Positions 37,925 to 48,535 of a DNA stretch of 64,000 nucleotides are shown in pieces (positions within the stretch are counted from its first letter, which is position 1; every line of letters starts with the position of its first letter). The position numbers were made by a program, and so were the translations under genes. The DNA comes from an uncultured delta proteobacterium (GTDB lineage Bacteria > Myxococcota_A > Polyangia > Fen-1088), in contig CAVTRY010000006.1 in assembly GCA_963737265.1 (NCBI GenBank), positions 64,001 to 128,000 on the forward strand, in the 5' to 3' direction. A model generated the notes under the pieces. It saw only the letters and a program-made list of their open reading frames with translations, was not told where the DNA came from and made no database searches.

Positions 37925-38854
37925 ATGAATCAGTCGAAGGGATCGCGCGGTGAATTCGACGCCTCGCCGTCCATGACCCTGGCCGCGGCGTTGCGCGAGC
38001 GCATGCCGGAACGGAGCTGGCGGCAGGTGCGCGAGCTGTGCGCGTCGGGAAAGGTGATGGTGAACGGCGACCGCGTGGTCGAACCAGCGCATCGCCTGGC
38101 GGGCGGCGAGCGCATCGCCTGGAACATGGGCACACCCGATCCGCGGCGGCTGGTCATGCGACGGGGATTTCGCATCGTGCACGAAGACGGGCACCTTGTG
38201 GTCATCGAGAAGCCCGAGGGGGTTTCGACCGTGCCCTACGAGCGCAAGGAAAGCGGCACGGCGCTGGATCTGATTCGCGAGGCGTGGCGGCGGCAAGGCA
38301 AGCGCGCCACGGTCACGCCGCTTTACATCGTTCACCGCATCGACAAGGACACCTCGGGCCTGGTTTGCTTCGCCAAGACGAAACTTGCCGAGCGCGGCCT
38401 GCACCGCGTGTTCAAGGAACATCTCGCCGATCGCGAGTACGTCGCCGTGGCCAATGGCCAGGCGCGCCCTGGCCGCATCGAATCGCGCTTGATCGAGAAC
38501 CGCGGCGACGGTCTGCGCGGCAGCACGCAGCGGACGCAGGAAGGACAACAGGCAGTCACGGAGGTCGAGGTGATCGAGCGTCTGCGGGGCGCCACCCTGT
38601 GTCGCGTGCGCTTGCAAACCGGCCGTACCCACCAAATCCGAATTCACCTATCCGAGCAGGGAAATCCCCTGGTGGGCGAGACGGTGTACATCCGCGATCT
38701 GCTGCGCCGGGGCGGCAAGCCTATCCAGAGCGAGCGCTTGCTCCTGCACGCGGCAACTCTCGGGTTCGACCACCCGGTCACCGGCGAGCACCTCCATTTC
38801 ACGGCCGAGCTGCCGCCCGAATTCATCGCTGGGGTGGAAAAGCTGCGCGATTGA
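37925..38854 (+). CDS. RluA-family pseudouridine synthase with an S4 domain
   Basis: KPEG, HRIDKDTSG, LQTGRTHQIRIH and LLHA. Confidence 0.93.
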   Translation: MNQSKGSRGEFDASPSMTLAAALRERMPERSWRQVRELCASGKVMVNGDRVVEPAHRLAGGERIAWNMGTPDPRRLVMRRGFRIVHEDGHLVVIEKPEGVSTVPYERKESGTALDLIREAWRRQGKRATVTPLYIVHRIDKDTSGLVCFAKTKLAERGLHRVFKEHLADREYVAVANGQARPGRIESRLIENRGDGLRGSTQRTQEGQQAVTEVEVIERLRGATLCRVRLQTGRTHQIRIHLSEQGNPLVGETVYIRDLLRRGGKPIQSERLLLHAATLGFDHPVTGEHLHFTAELPPEFIAGVEKLRD

Positions 38855-38906
38855 AGCCTGCGACCTTAAAGCCCGTTGCAACCCACTTTTGCCCCCTCCT
38901 TGCACC

Positions 38907-39788
38907 CTACTTGCGATACGCGGGCAGGAGCACCTCTTTGACGAAGGTCTCGAAGGTCGTGGCGGTGGCCACCACGGTCCCTCCCGCCTCGGGCGCGAGC
39001 AGCCCCTGGGCGGCGCCTCGGTTCATCTCGACAAAGAGAGCCGCAAGCGACGGCTTGAGTCCCGCCTGCTTGAGCCCTTGTTCGAGATCTTCAAGCGAAA
39101 TCTGGACGTAGCGAATCGGCTTCTCGATCGCCTGCCCGATAATGGCGACGACTTCGGCATTGGTGACGCCGCGCGGACCAATCAGGTGGATAGCGCTCTT
39201 GCCGGAAAAGTCCAGGCGTTCGAGGCGAAGAGCGGCGTAGGCGCCAATGTCGGACGAGGCAATGATGGGCATGGGAACCGCCCCGGGCATGGCGGCGCCG
39301 TAGATTCCCTGCGCCTTAATGGTGCTGAGTCCCATCAGGATGTTTTCCATGAAGAAGCCAGCGCGCAAGAAGAGCGCGGAAAGCCCAGCTATCTTTTTCA
39401 GCCGACTCTCGAAGTGGTGAAGGGCGACGATGGGACCGGTGCCTTCGGGGTGATGCGCCCCGATGCTGCTGAGGAGAACGACGTGGCGCGTGGCCGCGGC
39501 CTCGATGCCACTTGCCAGGGCTTCGGCCACGCGCGCTTGATAGGCGCGAAAATCATCGACGGCCGTGTTGGGCGGAATCAGAACGTACGCCGCCTCCGCG
39601 CCCGCCAGGGCTTCGCGCACGAAGCGCGCATCTTCGATGTCGCCGACGCAACCTTCGGCGCCGGCCTGGGTCAGCGCCGCCAGCTTTTCGCGCTGGCGAC
39701 CGACCACGCGGACCTTCTGGCCGCTCTTGAGCAAGCGTGCCGCGGCCACACCCCCAGTATTTCCCGAAGCTCCAAAGACGGTAATCAT
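38907..39788 (-). CDS. NmrA-family NAD(P)H-binding protein
   Basis: VFGASGNTG, LSSIGA and LRAGFFMEN; aggagg RBS. Confidence 0.88.
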   Translation of the reverse strand: MITVFGASGNTGGVAAARLLKSGQKVRVVGRQREKLAALTQAGAEGCVGDIEDARFVREALAGAEAAYVLIPPNTAVDDFRAYQARVAEALASGIEAAATRHVVLLSSIGAHHPEGTGPIVALHHFESRLKKIAGLSALFLRAGFFMENILMGLSTIKAQGIYGAAMPGAVPMPIIASSDIGAYAALRLERLDFSGKSAIHLIGPRGVTNAEVVAIIGQAIEKPIRYVQISLEDLEQGLKQAGLKPSLAALFVEMNRGAAQGLLAPEAGGTVVATATTFETFVKEVLLPAYRK

Positions 39789-39904
39789 GGGCAATCCTCC
39801 TTTTGAAGAACAGCGAACACCCTGCCACGCAAATGAGGACTCGGCAAAGCCGGTTTTGTTGCGACGCCTATCGCTGGCGCGTGGCGATGGTTAGAGGTTA
39901 GACT

Positions 39905-40948
39905 TTGGCGGTGCGTATCGGCTTCCTCATCGGCGGCATGTCCGCCCTGCAACCGACCTTCGCGGGAATTCACTTGGCGTGGTCGGCCCATCGCCGCGGC
40001 CATGAGGTCTGCTTCGTTTCGGCCGACGATCTGTCCTTCCTCGACGACGGCAACGTCTTCGCCGCCACCTTGCGCGTGCGCGCCGGCGACTACGCCAAGC
40101 CGTCCGACTTCCATCGCGCGCTGGTGTCTAGCGACGCCGTCCGCGAGGAAGACTCGCTATCGGGCTTCGACATCGTGTTCATCCGCTACAACCCCCTGCG
40201 CGAGCCGCACACCACGCCCGCGTCGCCGATCCTCGACTTTTGCTGGCGCCTGCGCCTTGGCGGCACCTTCGTGATCAACGATCCCGAGGGCATGTTTCGC
40301 GCCTGGGGCCGCCTGTACCTCGCCGACCTACCCGCCGACACCCATGCGCGCACCCTGGTGTCGCGGTCGCCCGAAAAGATCAAGGCCTTCTTGAGCGAGC
40401 TCGACGGGCACGCCGTGCTCAAGCCGCTCGCGCACGCCGGTCACGAAAAGGTATTTCGCGTGCGTCGCGGCCAGGTCAAGAACCTGAACACATTCATCAC
40501 CGCCATCACCAGGGATGGCTACGCCATGGCCCAGGAATACTTGCGCGAGGCCGAGGAAGGGGAAACGCGCCTGCTGCTGCTCGGTGGCGAACCCATTCGC
40601 GTCGAGGGGCAGGTTGCGATCTACCGGCGACTGCCCGGCCTAGCCGAAGGCGAAAACGGCAAAATCGATCCGCGGCAGCGCCGCTGCAAGTTCGGCACGA
40701 CCGAAGAACGGATCTGCGACCTGCTTCGCCCCAAGCTGCTGGCCGACGGTCTCTATTTCGTCAGCGTCGATCTCGCAGGGGGCAAAATCCTCGAGCTCAA
40801 TGCCTTTGCGCCCGGAGGAATCCACTCGCTGCGGGAGATCTACAAAATCGACGTGGCCGAGGCCATCATTTGCGACCTCGAACGCCGCGTGCGCCTGCGC
40901 GCGGCCTATCGCGGCACCCGCGATCCCGAAGCCGCTGGCGTCGTTTGA
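39905..40948 (+). CDS. gshB: Glutathione synthetase-like ATP-grasp protein
   Basis: IFIRYNP, VINDP, VLKPL, AQEYL, DGLYFVSVD and ELNAFAPGG; divergent from canonical GshB. Confidence 0.65.
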   Translation: MAVRIGFLIGGMSALQPTFAGIHLAWSAHRRGHEVCFVSADDLSFLDDGNVFAATLRVRAGDYAKPSDFHRALVSSDAVREEDSLSGFDIVFIRYNPLREPHTTPASPILDFCWRLRLGGTFVINDPEGMFRAWGRLYLADLPADTHARTLVSRSPEKIKAFLSELDGHAVLKPLAHAGHEKVFRVRRGQVKNLNTFITAITRDGYAMAQEYLREAEEGETRLLLLGGEPIRVEGQVAIYRRLPGLAEGENGKIDPRQRRCKFGTTEERICDLLRPKLLADGLYFVSVDLAGGKILELNAFAPGGIHSLREIYKIDVAEAIICDLERRVRLRAAYRGTRDPEAAGVV

Positions 40949-40968
40949 GCTGGCCGGTTCACGGCAAT

Positions 40969-41137
40969 CCCGCGACAAGCGCAGCGCCGTCGCGGAAGGC
41001 GGCAGAAAAAGGCGCATTTCCAGGATGGACGCGCCACCCAGTTGGAGCGATGAATGGTGGTCGCAAACGTCGTCGTGGTCGTGGCTCTGGCCCTGGCGAC
41101 GAAGATCACTCCGGCCCCGGCCACGACCTTCTGCGCC
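40969..41137. repeat. Dispersed ~170-bp intergenic repeat, copy B (inverted relative to copy A)
   Basis: Reverse-complement match to 5523..5689. Confidence 0.9.
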
Positions 41138-41227
41138 TATCACGGGAGTACGGGGTTCATTGGGGGTTCATTGGGCGGTAGACCTGACGCGAGAGTATGA
41201 GTAACCTTGACTGACCAGAGAATGTGA

Positions 41228-42469
41228 GTGATGGACCTGAACCTCAAAGCCCGGAGAACGAGCGAAGGCATGCCCGGCCTGACCACCGATGACAAGTCCG
41301 GCATCCCCCAGGGTCCGCTCGGCGACGATCTGTCCGTCCCGAATCCGCCGGCCGAGCCGGGCCCCATTTTGACCTTGTCGGCGGAAGAGATTACGCGTTT
41401 CTTCGTGCGATCGCGCCGCGACCAAGACACCGAGCGCTGGGACGTGCGTCTGGACGCGGCCTTGCGCGAGATCCTGGAACGCGCCAACGAATTCGTGCCT
41501 TCCGAAGCGGGCGGCATCCTGCTCGACGATCCGCGCGCCACCCTGGCGGGCGTGCGCACGCCGCGCTTGACGTTCATCGCGGTTTACGGACCCGATTCTG
41601 GGCAGCTGCTCGGCAAGCGCATGCCTTCGGATCGGGGTTTCGTCGGCCAAATCTATCGTTCCGGCAATTCCTACCGTAGCGACCACTTGGACGCGGAGGA
41701 TCCACTGCTGACAGTGCCAGCCCGCGCTTCCGGTTCAGCCGTGGTCTCGGTCATCGGCGTTCCGGTGTTGGTTGGGAATTCCATCTGCGGCGTGCTCGAG
41801 CTGACCAATCGGCGTTCGGGCGGACCTTATTCGGCGCGCGACAACGAGCTTTTGCGCATCTTCGCCGCTTACATGTCGTCGTCGATCCAAAACGCCCTCG
41901 ACGCCCTTCGCGCGCGCGCCCTGGCCCGCCTCGATCACCTGACCGGGCTATTCAACAGCCGCTATTTTCACGTTCGCCTGCAGGATGAAATCGCTCACGC
42001 CGATCACAACGGCACCGACCTGTGCCTGCTTTTCATCGACCTCGACTATTTCAAGGTCGTCAACGATCGCTTCGGACACGTGGCGGGTAGCTGGACCCTG
42101 CGCGAGGTGGCGCGCCTGCTGTCCGAAAACGCTCCACCGGCAACCGTGCTTGCCCGCTACGGCGGCGACGAGTTCGTGGCCATCTTGCCGGGCGCGGATT
42201 TGCAGCGCGCTCTGCAGACCGCCGACCTGCTTCGCCGGGTTATCCAAGAGGCGTCGTTCTTCGACGCGGACACCGAAGCCGCCGAGGCGGTGCAACCCCT
42301 GCCCGGCGTGCGCGCCTCGATTGGCGTGGCCTCGTACCGCGACCACCTGGCGCCAAGCGGAAACCAGCGCCGTCGCGAAAATCTGCTACTTCGTCTGGCG
42401 GACACGGCCATGTATCGCGCCAAGGCCAATGGCCGCAACCGCGTCGAAGTGGCGGAGGCGGAGGATTAG
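41228..42469 (+). CDS. GAF-GGDEF diguanylate cyclase
   Basis: GAF region (GFVG, GVLELTNR); DHLTGLFN and RYGGDEF. Confidence 0.92.
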   Translation: MMDLNLKARRTSEGMPGLTTDDKSGIPQGPLGDDLSVPNPPAEPGPILTLSAEEITRFFVRSRRDQDTERWDVRLDAALREILERANEFVPSEAGGILLDDPRATLAGVRTPRLTFIAVYGPDSGQLLGKRMPSDRGFVGQIYRSGNSYRSDHLDAEDPLLTVPARASGSAVVSVIGVPVLVGNSICGVLELTNRRSGGPYSARDNELLRIFAAYMSSSIQNALDALRARALARLDHLTGLFNSRYFHVRLQDEIAHADHNGTDLCLLFIDLDYFKVVNDRFGHVAGSWTLREVARLLSENAPPATVLARYGGDEFVAILPGADLQRALQTADLLRRVIQEASFFDADTEAAEAVQPLPGVRASIGVASYRDHLAPSGNQRRRENLLLRLADTAMYRAKANGRNRVEVAEAED

Positions 42470-42470
42470 A

Positions 42471-42938
42471 ATGCGCAGCTCTCGGTGGGTGCTGATTGCC
42501 ATATGCTTGCTGCTTGGTGCCTGCTTCCAGGACAGCACTCCTCAGGTCAGCACGTATTTGCCGCTCAACTATCAGCCTCTATTCCAGACCGTGCGCACCT
42601 GCCGCCTGCTCGCGGCAGCGCCGCACAACAATAGCTATCAGGTCGTGCTTGCCAATGACGTGGCCTACGACCCGTACACGAATGCCGACTATCCGCTGCC
42701 CCAGGGCAGCGTCGTCGTAGCCGAAGAGCACGGCGGCGACTCAAGTTGTAGCAGCGGCGGCGTTACCGGATTTTATCTCATGTCCAAGCAGCAGCCGGGC
42801 TACGACAGCGCGGCAAACGATTGGCGCTGGCAACAGCTCGATGCCAACCAGCGCCTGCTTGCGGACGGCCATCTGAAGACGTGCTCGACCTGCCACGCGA
42901 ACTGCGCGGTCTACGACTTCCTCTGCTCGCGCCCCTGA
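42471..42938 (+). CDS. Cytochrome P460/c'-beta family lipoprotein
   Basis: Lipobox LGAC; LPQGSVVVAE, MSK..GYD...DWRW and CSTCH. Confidence 0.75.
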   Translation: MRSSRWVLIAICLLLGACFQDSTPQVSTYLPLNYQPLFQTVRTCRLLAAAPHNNSYQVVLANDVAYDPYTNADYPLPQGSVVVAEEHGGDSSCSSGGVTGFYLMSKQQPGYDSAANDWRWQQLDANQRLLADGHLKTCSTCHANCAVYDFLCSRP

Positions 42939-42944
42939 GAGACA

Positions 42945-44861
42945 GTGCCGGCCAAACGCCCAGCCCCGTGTGGAACCTGGCCGTCGGCACTGACGGCCGA
43001 CTTGGTCGCCACGGGCGGCGTCCGCCCGCAAGGGCTGTGGCTCGACGGCGAGGACACGTACTGGGTGGAAAGTCGGCCGGCCGAGCAGGGCCGCCTGACT
43101 CTTCTTCGCCGGCGTCCCTGGGGCGATACCGAGGAAATTGTCCCTGCGCCTTTCAGTGTGCGCACGCGGGTTCACGAGTACGGTGGCGGCGCCTTCGCGG
43201 TAGCGGACGGCGTCGTGGTCTTCGCCAACGACGCCGACCAGCGCCTGTATCGCACAGACGCCACCCGGCCCACGCCGTGGCAGCCTGTGGCGCTGACCGC
43301 GCCCGCTGCGATCCGCTATGCCGATCTCCAGCTCGATCCTGGGCGCCCGCGCTTGCTCTGCGTCGCCGAACACGCGCGCCAACGGCACGAGCCAGAGAAT
43401 TTCATCGCCAGCGTGGCACTCGCAACCGGCGAAGTGCAACCGCTGGTGCGCGGCGCCGACTTCTATGCATTTCCCCGCCTCGATCCGGCCGGGCGTCGGC
43501 TGGCCTTCATCGCGTGGAATCACCCGGCCATGCCGTGGGACGAAAGCGAGCTTTATCTGGCCGAGATCAGCGCCGACGGCTCGCTGACACCGCCGGTGAA
43601 GGTGGCGGGCGGCGCCGGCGAATCCATCTTCCAACCCGCGTGGTCACCGTCGGGCGAGCTGCACTTCGTTTCGGATCGCAACGGCTTTTCCAACCTGCAC
43701 CGATTGACCTCCAACGGAGGCGTCGAGTGCCTGGCCGCGATGGAGGCGGACTTCTCGTCACCGCTGTGGGTGTTTGGTCTTTCGACCTACGCGTGGCTCG
43801 ATGAACGAGCCATCGTTTGTCTGTTTCAGAAATCGGGCATGTGGCATCTGGCGACGCTGGAGAATGGTCGGCTTGCGCTGGTGGACACCGCGCTGACCGA
43901 GCTCGGGCTACTTCACGCCCGCGCCGGTCGCGCCGTGTTTGTCGCTGGCTCGGCCGCAAAGCCATCCGCGCTCTACGCCTTCGACGGCGGGAGCCGCGAG
44001 GTCGCGCTTCTTCATCGTCCGGCCTTCGCCCCTGTCGCCGCCGACGCCATCGCGCACCCTCAAGCCATTACTTTTTCGACGTCGGGCGCCGCGGTCGCCC
44101 ACGCGCTTCTGTACTTGCCGATCCATCCTGACTACGCGCCGATGCCCGACGAACGCCCGCCGCTGCTGGTGGTTTGTCACGGCGGCCCGACCGCATCGAC
44201 CTCCACCGCGCTCAACCTGAACACGCAGTTTTGGACCAGTCGCGGGTTCGCCGTCCTCGACGTCAACTACCGCGGCTCGACCGGCTACGGCCGCGCCTAT
44301 CGCAAGGCGCTCGACGGACAATGGGGCGTGGCGGACGCCGAGGATTGCGTGGCTGGCGCGCGCCTGCTGGCCGAGCGGGGCATCGTCGACGGCGCGCGCA
44401 TGGCCATTCGCGGTTCGAGCGCGGGCGGGTTGACGGTGCTGTGCGCGCTGGCTTTTCATCGCGTGTTCGCCGCCGGTGCCAGCTACTACGGCGTGTGCGA
44501 TCTGGAGGCGCTGGCGCAGGACACGCACAAATTCGAAAGCCACTACCTCGAATCCCTCATCGGTCCTTACCCGGCGCGAGCCGATCTTTACCGCGCGCGC
44601 TCGCCCATCCATGCCGCCCTTCGCCTGTCGTGCCCGGTCATTTTCTTTCAGGGTCAGCAGGATCGCGTGGTGCCGCCCGCGCAGGCCGAGCGCATGGTGG
44701 CGGCCCTGCGCGGCCGCAGCTTGGCTGCCCCGCTCGTGTTATTTCCCGACGAGCAGCACGGTTTCCGGCGCGGCGAAAACATCCGACGCGCCCTCACCGA
44801 CGAGCTTCGTTTCTACTGCGAGGTCTTCGGAATTCGTTCGGACGATGCCCGCGGCGCCTAG
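42945..44861 (+). CDS. S9-family prolyl oligopeptidase-type peptidase
   Basis: RVHEYGGG, HGGPT, NYRGSTGYG, GSSAGG, DRVV and EQHGFR. Confidence 0.93.
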   Translation: MPAKRPAPCGTWPSALTADLVATGGVRPQGLWLDGEDTYWVESRPAEQGRLTLLRRRPWGDTEEIVPAPFSVRTRVHEYGGGAFAVADGVVVFANDADQRLYRTDATRPTPWQPVALTAPAAIRYADLQLDPGRPRLLCVAEHARQRHEPENFIASVALATGEVQPLVRGADFYAFPRLDPAGRRLAFIAWNHPAMPWDESELYLAEISADGSLTPPVKVAGGAGESIFQPAWSPSGELHFVSDRNGFSNLHRLTSNGGVECLAAMEADFSSPLWVFGLSTYAWLDERAIVCLFQKSGMWHLATLENGRLALVDTALTELGLLHARAGRAVFVAGSAAKPSALYAFDGGSREVALLHRPAFAPVAADAIAHPQAITFSTSGAAVAHALLYLPIHPDYAPMPDERPPLLVVCHGGPTASTSTALNLNTQFWTSRGFAVLDVNYRGSTGYGRAYRKALDGQWGVADAEDCVAGARLLAERGIVDGARMAIRGSSAGGLTVLCALAFHRVFAAGASYYGVCDLEALAQDTHKFESHYLESLIGPYPARADLYRARSPIHAALRLSCPVIFFQGQQDRVVPPAQAERMVAALRGRSLAAPLVLFPDEQHGFRRGENIRRALTDELRFYCEVFGIRSDDARGA

Positions 44862-45359
44862 CTAGCCCGGTTCGGGGCCGCCCGCCTGTCGCATGTGCGC
44901 GATCACGCTCTCTTCCATGAGGTCTTCCATGGTCTGTCCGCCGTAGCGAGCGGCGATGCGATCGTCGTACTCGTCGGCCACGAAGGCGAAATCGCGGATG
45001 GTTTCCAGGAACTGGTTGCGGTCGCCAAGATCGCGGTCTAGCAGTGTATGGCACAGAACAATGGCCCGCCCTTCGGGAACGAAGGCGAACGCGCCAAAAC
45101 GCAGGACCGCGTTGAGCTGGAGCAATTCCACCGCGAGGGTGCACTCCATGGTCACGCCTTTGACGAGCTGGGCAACCAAACGCACCAAGGAGTGGTCCTT
45201 CCACGGATGCACCTTGATCATGATCATCGACGTGCCTTGTTTCACCGCGTAAAGGCCATCCTCGACCTTGCGGTAGGCATGGCTGTCGCCCAGCATCTTC
45301 TCGATTTTCTGGCTGGAGGCCTGGACTGCTGCGCGGGCACGCGCCTTTCTTTCGGGCAT
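44862..45359 (-). CDS. YbjN/T3SS-chaperone-like domain protein
   Basis: KQGTS, ELLQLNAVLRFGAF and ADEYDDRIAARYGG. Confidence 0.7.
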   Translation of the reverse strand: MPERKARARAAVQASSQKIEKMLGDSHAYRKVEDGLYAVKQGTSMIMIKVHPWKDHSLVRLVAQLVKGVTMECTLAVELLQLNAVLRFGAFAFVPEGRAIVLCHTLLDRDLGDRNQFLETIRDFAFVADEYDDRIAARYGGQTMEDLMEESVIAHMRQAGGPEPG

Positions 45360-45428
45360 TCATGATCGGTATCACGAAGTTGGCCTCTTGCGAAGCCCAC
45401 GCTTGCGTTACGGTTCGTTACTTTCTCG

Positions 45429-46859
45429 TCACGTGTCTTGGCGATCGTGCCGGGCGATACCCAAGGTGCGCATTTTCTTGTGCAGGTTCGTGCGCTCGAG
45501 GCCGAGAACCTGGGCGGTGCGCGAGATGTTCCAGTCGTTTTCGTCGAGCTTGGCGCGGACGTACTGGCGTTCGACCATGTCGCGCAATTCACGCAAGGGC
45601 AGATCCTTCGCCTCGGCCGGAAGGTCGAAATTTCCCACGGCAGGCACGGGCCGACCTCGTCGCGACACCTCGGCCACTATTTCCTCGGGTAAATCCTCAA
45701 CGCCGATCTTCTCGTCCGAAAGGATGACCAAGCGTTCGATCACGTTGCGCAGCTCGCGCACATTGCCTGGCCAGGCGTAGCCCGTGAGAATTTCAACGGC
45801 CTCGGGCGCGATGTCCTTGGCGTGCAGTCCGTTTTCGCGCGCAATCTGGGTCACGAAGGACTTGCACAGAAGGGGAATGTCGAGCGTACGGTCACGCAGC
45901 GGCGGCGCGCGCAAGGGAACGACGGCCAAGCGGAAATACAGATCCTCGCGAAATTGTCCCGCCGCCACGGCGGCCTGCAAATCGCGATTGGTCGCGGCCA
46001 GCACGCGCACGTCGACCTTCAAGCTGGTCTCGCTGCCGACGCGGGACAACTCGCCCGATTGCAGCACGCGCAACACCTTGGCCTGCGCCGACAGACTCAT
46101 GTCGCCAATCTCGTCGAGGAAGATGGTGCCGCCGTCAGCCAATTCGAACAGTCCTTTTTTGCGCGCGGCCGCGCCGGTAAACGCCCCACGTTCGTGCCCG
46201 AACAATTCGGACTCGATGAGCTCGGGCGGGATGGCCGCGCAATTCACCTTGATGAAGGGCCGGTCGCGCAGCGGGCTCTCGCGATGGATGGCGCGCGCGA
46301 TCAGCTCCTTGCCGGTGCCCGATTCGCCCGTGATGAGCACGCGCGTGCGGGTAGGCGCGACCTTTGCGATCTGCGCGTACAGCGCCGCCATCACCGGGCT
46401 CTGTCCGACCATTTCGAATCGACCCTCGGCCAGTGCGCGCAGACCAACCACTTCGCTCACCATCGCCCGGCGTTCGAGGGCGTTGCGCAAGGTGACCATC
46501 AGGCGTTCACGGTCGAGCGGCTTTTCCAAAAAATCGTAGGCGCCGGCCTTGGTCGCCCGAACCGCGTCGGCCAGGGTGCCGTGTCCGGAAATCATGATCG
46601 CAATCGGCTCGGGCTGGGTCCGGCTTCCTTCTTCCTCTTGGCTGCGCGCCTTGTGCAACGACTCCAGCACCTCGTGCCCGGAGACGCCCGGCAGTTGGAC
46701 ATCGAGGAGAATCACATCGGGCGCGATATCGGGCAGCCTCGCCAGGGCTTCCTCGCCGCTCGACGCCTCGTCGACCGTGTAGCCCTCGCCCTCAAGAACC
46801 ATGCGCACGGTTCGCCGGATGTTCTTCTCGTCATCAACGATGAGGATCGTAGTCGTCAT
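45429..46859 (-). CDS. Sigma54-dependent response regulator (NtrC/NtrX-like)
   Basis: REC domain, GESGTGKE, GAFTGA, WPGNVREL and a Fis-type HTH. Confidence 0.94.
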   Translation of the reverse strand: MTTTILIVDDEKNIRRTVRMVLEGEGYTVDEASSGEEALARLPDIAPDVILLDVQLPGVSGHEVLESLHKARSQEEEGSRTQPEPIAIMISGHGTLADAVRATKAGAYDFLEKPLDRERLMVTLRNALERRAMVSEVVGLRALAEGRFEMVGQSPVMAALYAQIAKVAPTRTRVLITGESGTGKELIARAIHRESPLRDRPFIKVNCAAIPPELIESELFGHERGAFTGAAARKKGLFELADGGTIFLDEIGDMSLSAQAKVLRVLQSGELSRVGSETSLKVDVRVLAATNRDLQAAVAAGQFREDLYFRLAVVPLRAPPLRDRTLDIPLLCKSFVTQIARENGLHAKDIAPEAVEILTGYAWPGNVRELRNVIERLVILSDEKIGVEDLPEEIVAEVSRRGRPVPAVGNFDLPAEAKDLPLRELRDMVERQYVRAKLDENDWNISRTAQVLGLERTNLHKKMRTLGIARHDRQDT

Positions 46860-46869
46860 GCGTGCACCA

Positions 46870-47769
46870 TTAGAGCAGCGATCCAAGACGAGTCAACGCG
46901 CGCAACGAGGAGACGCAGGAGCCGACCCAGGGTTCGAGCCCCGTTTCGGGCAGAATCTGTGCGGGCAGGAACACGCGGTAGTCGACGACGCGGATGGGCT
47001 CCGCGCCGTCGTGCGCGGCACGCGCGTTCTCGCCGTCGACGAAATCGAGAATGCGTCCGAGGGCGTGCACGGCGGCCAGGTTCTTGTCGTGCAGAAGCAG
47101 GATCACCGGACCCTGGGCGTGGCCGAGGACATGCGTGGCGTACTTGACGATGGCGTCCTCGTCCCCGCCGCGCCATTCCTGCGGATCCATGTTCCAGCCC
47201 ACCTGGATCACGTCGCGTTCGGCCAGCGCGCGGTCGAGCTCGCGGCAGCGCGCACCGTAAGGCGAACGAAAAAGCAAAGGCCGCACACCGGTCGCGTAGG
47301 CGATGATCTCGGAAGCTCTGTCGATCTCGGCCGCCATCGAATCGCGCTCTTGGCAAAGATTCTTGTGATTCATGGTGTGGTTGCCCACCAGGTGGCCGTG
47401 GGTGGCAAGCTTGCGCAGAAGATCGCGCCGAGCCACGTCCTCGGGTCGCCCGCGCACGATGTGGTGTCCGTTGACGAAGAACACCGCCTTGAGCCCGCGT
47501 CGGGTAAGCTCGTCGAGAAGTAGCGGCGTGCCCACCAGATCGGGTCCGTCGTCGAAGGTGAGCAGCAAGCTGCGGCCTTTGTGAAGGGCCCTGGGGTCAC
47601 GCGCGGACGCCGGATCGCTCGGGAGCGGTCGGAGAAATCGTGGGAAATTCGCAACGCCGTCTTCGTGGCGCGGTTCGGACCGCACGTCGACCGGGCCCGC
47701 GAGCGCGTGCGGGACGGAGCTCTCGCTGCCGCCGAGCCCAGGCGGCGGCAGCGAGATACACGCGGCCAC
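46870..47769 (-). CDS. Polysaccharide deacetylase (CE4); start uncertain
   Basis: LTFDDGP, GNHTMNH, FRSPYG and LLHD. Confidence 0.88.
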   Translation of the reverse strand: MAACISLPPPGLGGSESSVPHALAGPVDVRSEPRHEDGVANFPRFLRPLPSDPASARDPRALHKGRSLLLTFDDGPDLVGTPLLLDELTRRGLKAVFFVNGHHIVRGRPEDVARRDLLRKLATHGHLVGNHTMNHKNLCQERDSMAAEIDRASEIIAYATGVRPLLFRSPYGARCRELDRALAERDVIQVGWNMDPQEWRGGDEDAIVKYATHVLGHAQGPVILLLHDKNLAAVHALGRILDFVDGENARAAHDGAEPIRVVDYRVFLPAQILPETGLEPWVGSCVSSLRALTRLGSLL

Positions 47770-47879
47770 AACGACAACGGCAAATGGGCGTCCGACGAGC
47801 ACGATGGTCGGAAGTCTAACAGAAGCCGGCGGAGCCAGTTTCGCCGGGCTGTGTTTTCCAAGAGGAACGCGGTCTAGAT

Positions 47880-48350
47880 CTAGAATGGGATATCGTCGTC
47901 GCCGGGGGGTGGCGACGGGCCGTCTGCGGCGGCGGGGGCGGGGGCTTGCGCGTCCTCGCTCCAACCGCGCTTGGAGCGCGCGCCGCCGCCGGCACCGCCC
48001 TCGGCAGCGCCGGGACCTTGGCCACCGCCGAGGAAGACCACGCGATCGGCGACCACCTCGGTGCTGTAGCGCTTTTTGCCTTCCTTGTCGTCCCAGGAAC
48101 GCGTCTGGATGCGCCCCTCGACGTAGACCATGCGGCCCTTGCTCAGGTACTTCGAGCAGTGCTCGGCCTGCTCGCCCCACACATTCACCCGGTGCCACTC
48201 GACGCGCTCTTGCTTCTGGCCGCCCTTGTCTTTCCACACCTCGTTGGTGGCAATGCTGAGATTGCACACCGGCCGGTTGCTTGGCGTGTACTTCAGCTCG
48301 GGATCGGCCCCGAGGTTTCCAACCAGAATGACTTTGTTGACACTACCCAT
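47880..48350 (-). CDS. ssb: Single-stranded DNA-binding protein
   Basis: [21 protein letters not shown] and C-terminal DDDIPF. Confidence 0.97.
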   Translation of the reverse strand: MGSVNKVILVGNLGADPELKYTPSNRPVCNLSIATNEVWKDKGGQKQERVEWHRVNVWGEQAEHCSKYLSKGRMVYVEGRIQTRSWDDKEGKKRYSTEVVADRVVFLGGGQGPGAAEGGAGGGARSKRGWSEDAQAPAPAAADGPSPPPGDDDIPF

Positions 48351-48535
48351 GGTGACTCGGCCTCCTTGCCAGCGTGATGTTGTTTTTGCCACCTTCCCGC
48401 CGGCTTATCAATCCCAGGTTGTCCGCCGGCCGGCGGTGGCGACTAATCGGTTATCGGAAACGCCGTCGCGGAAGTTGCGTTCAGGCGGGATGGAAATGCA
48501 TTCCACCACGGCGCGCGCGTTATAGTCGTCGGGCC

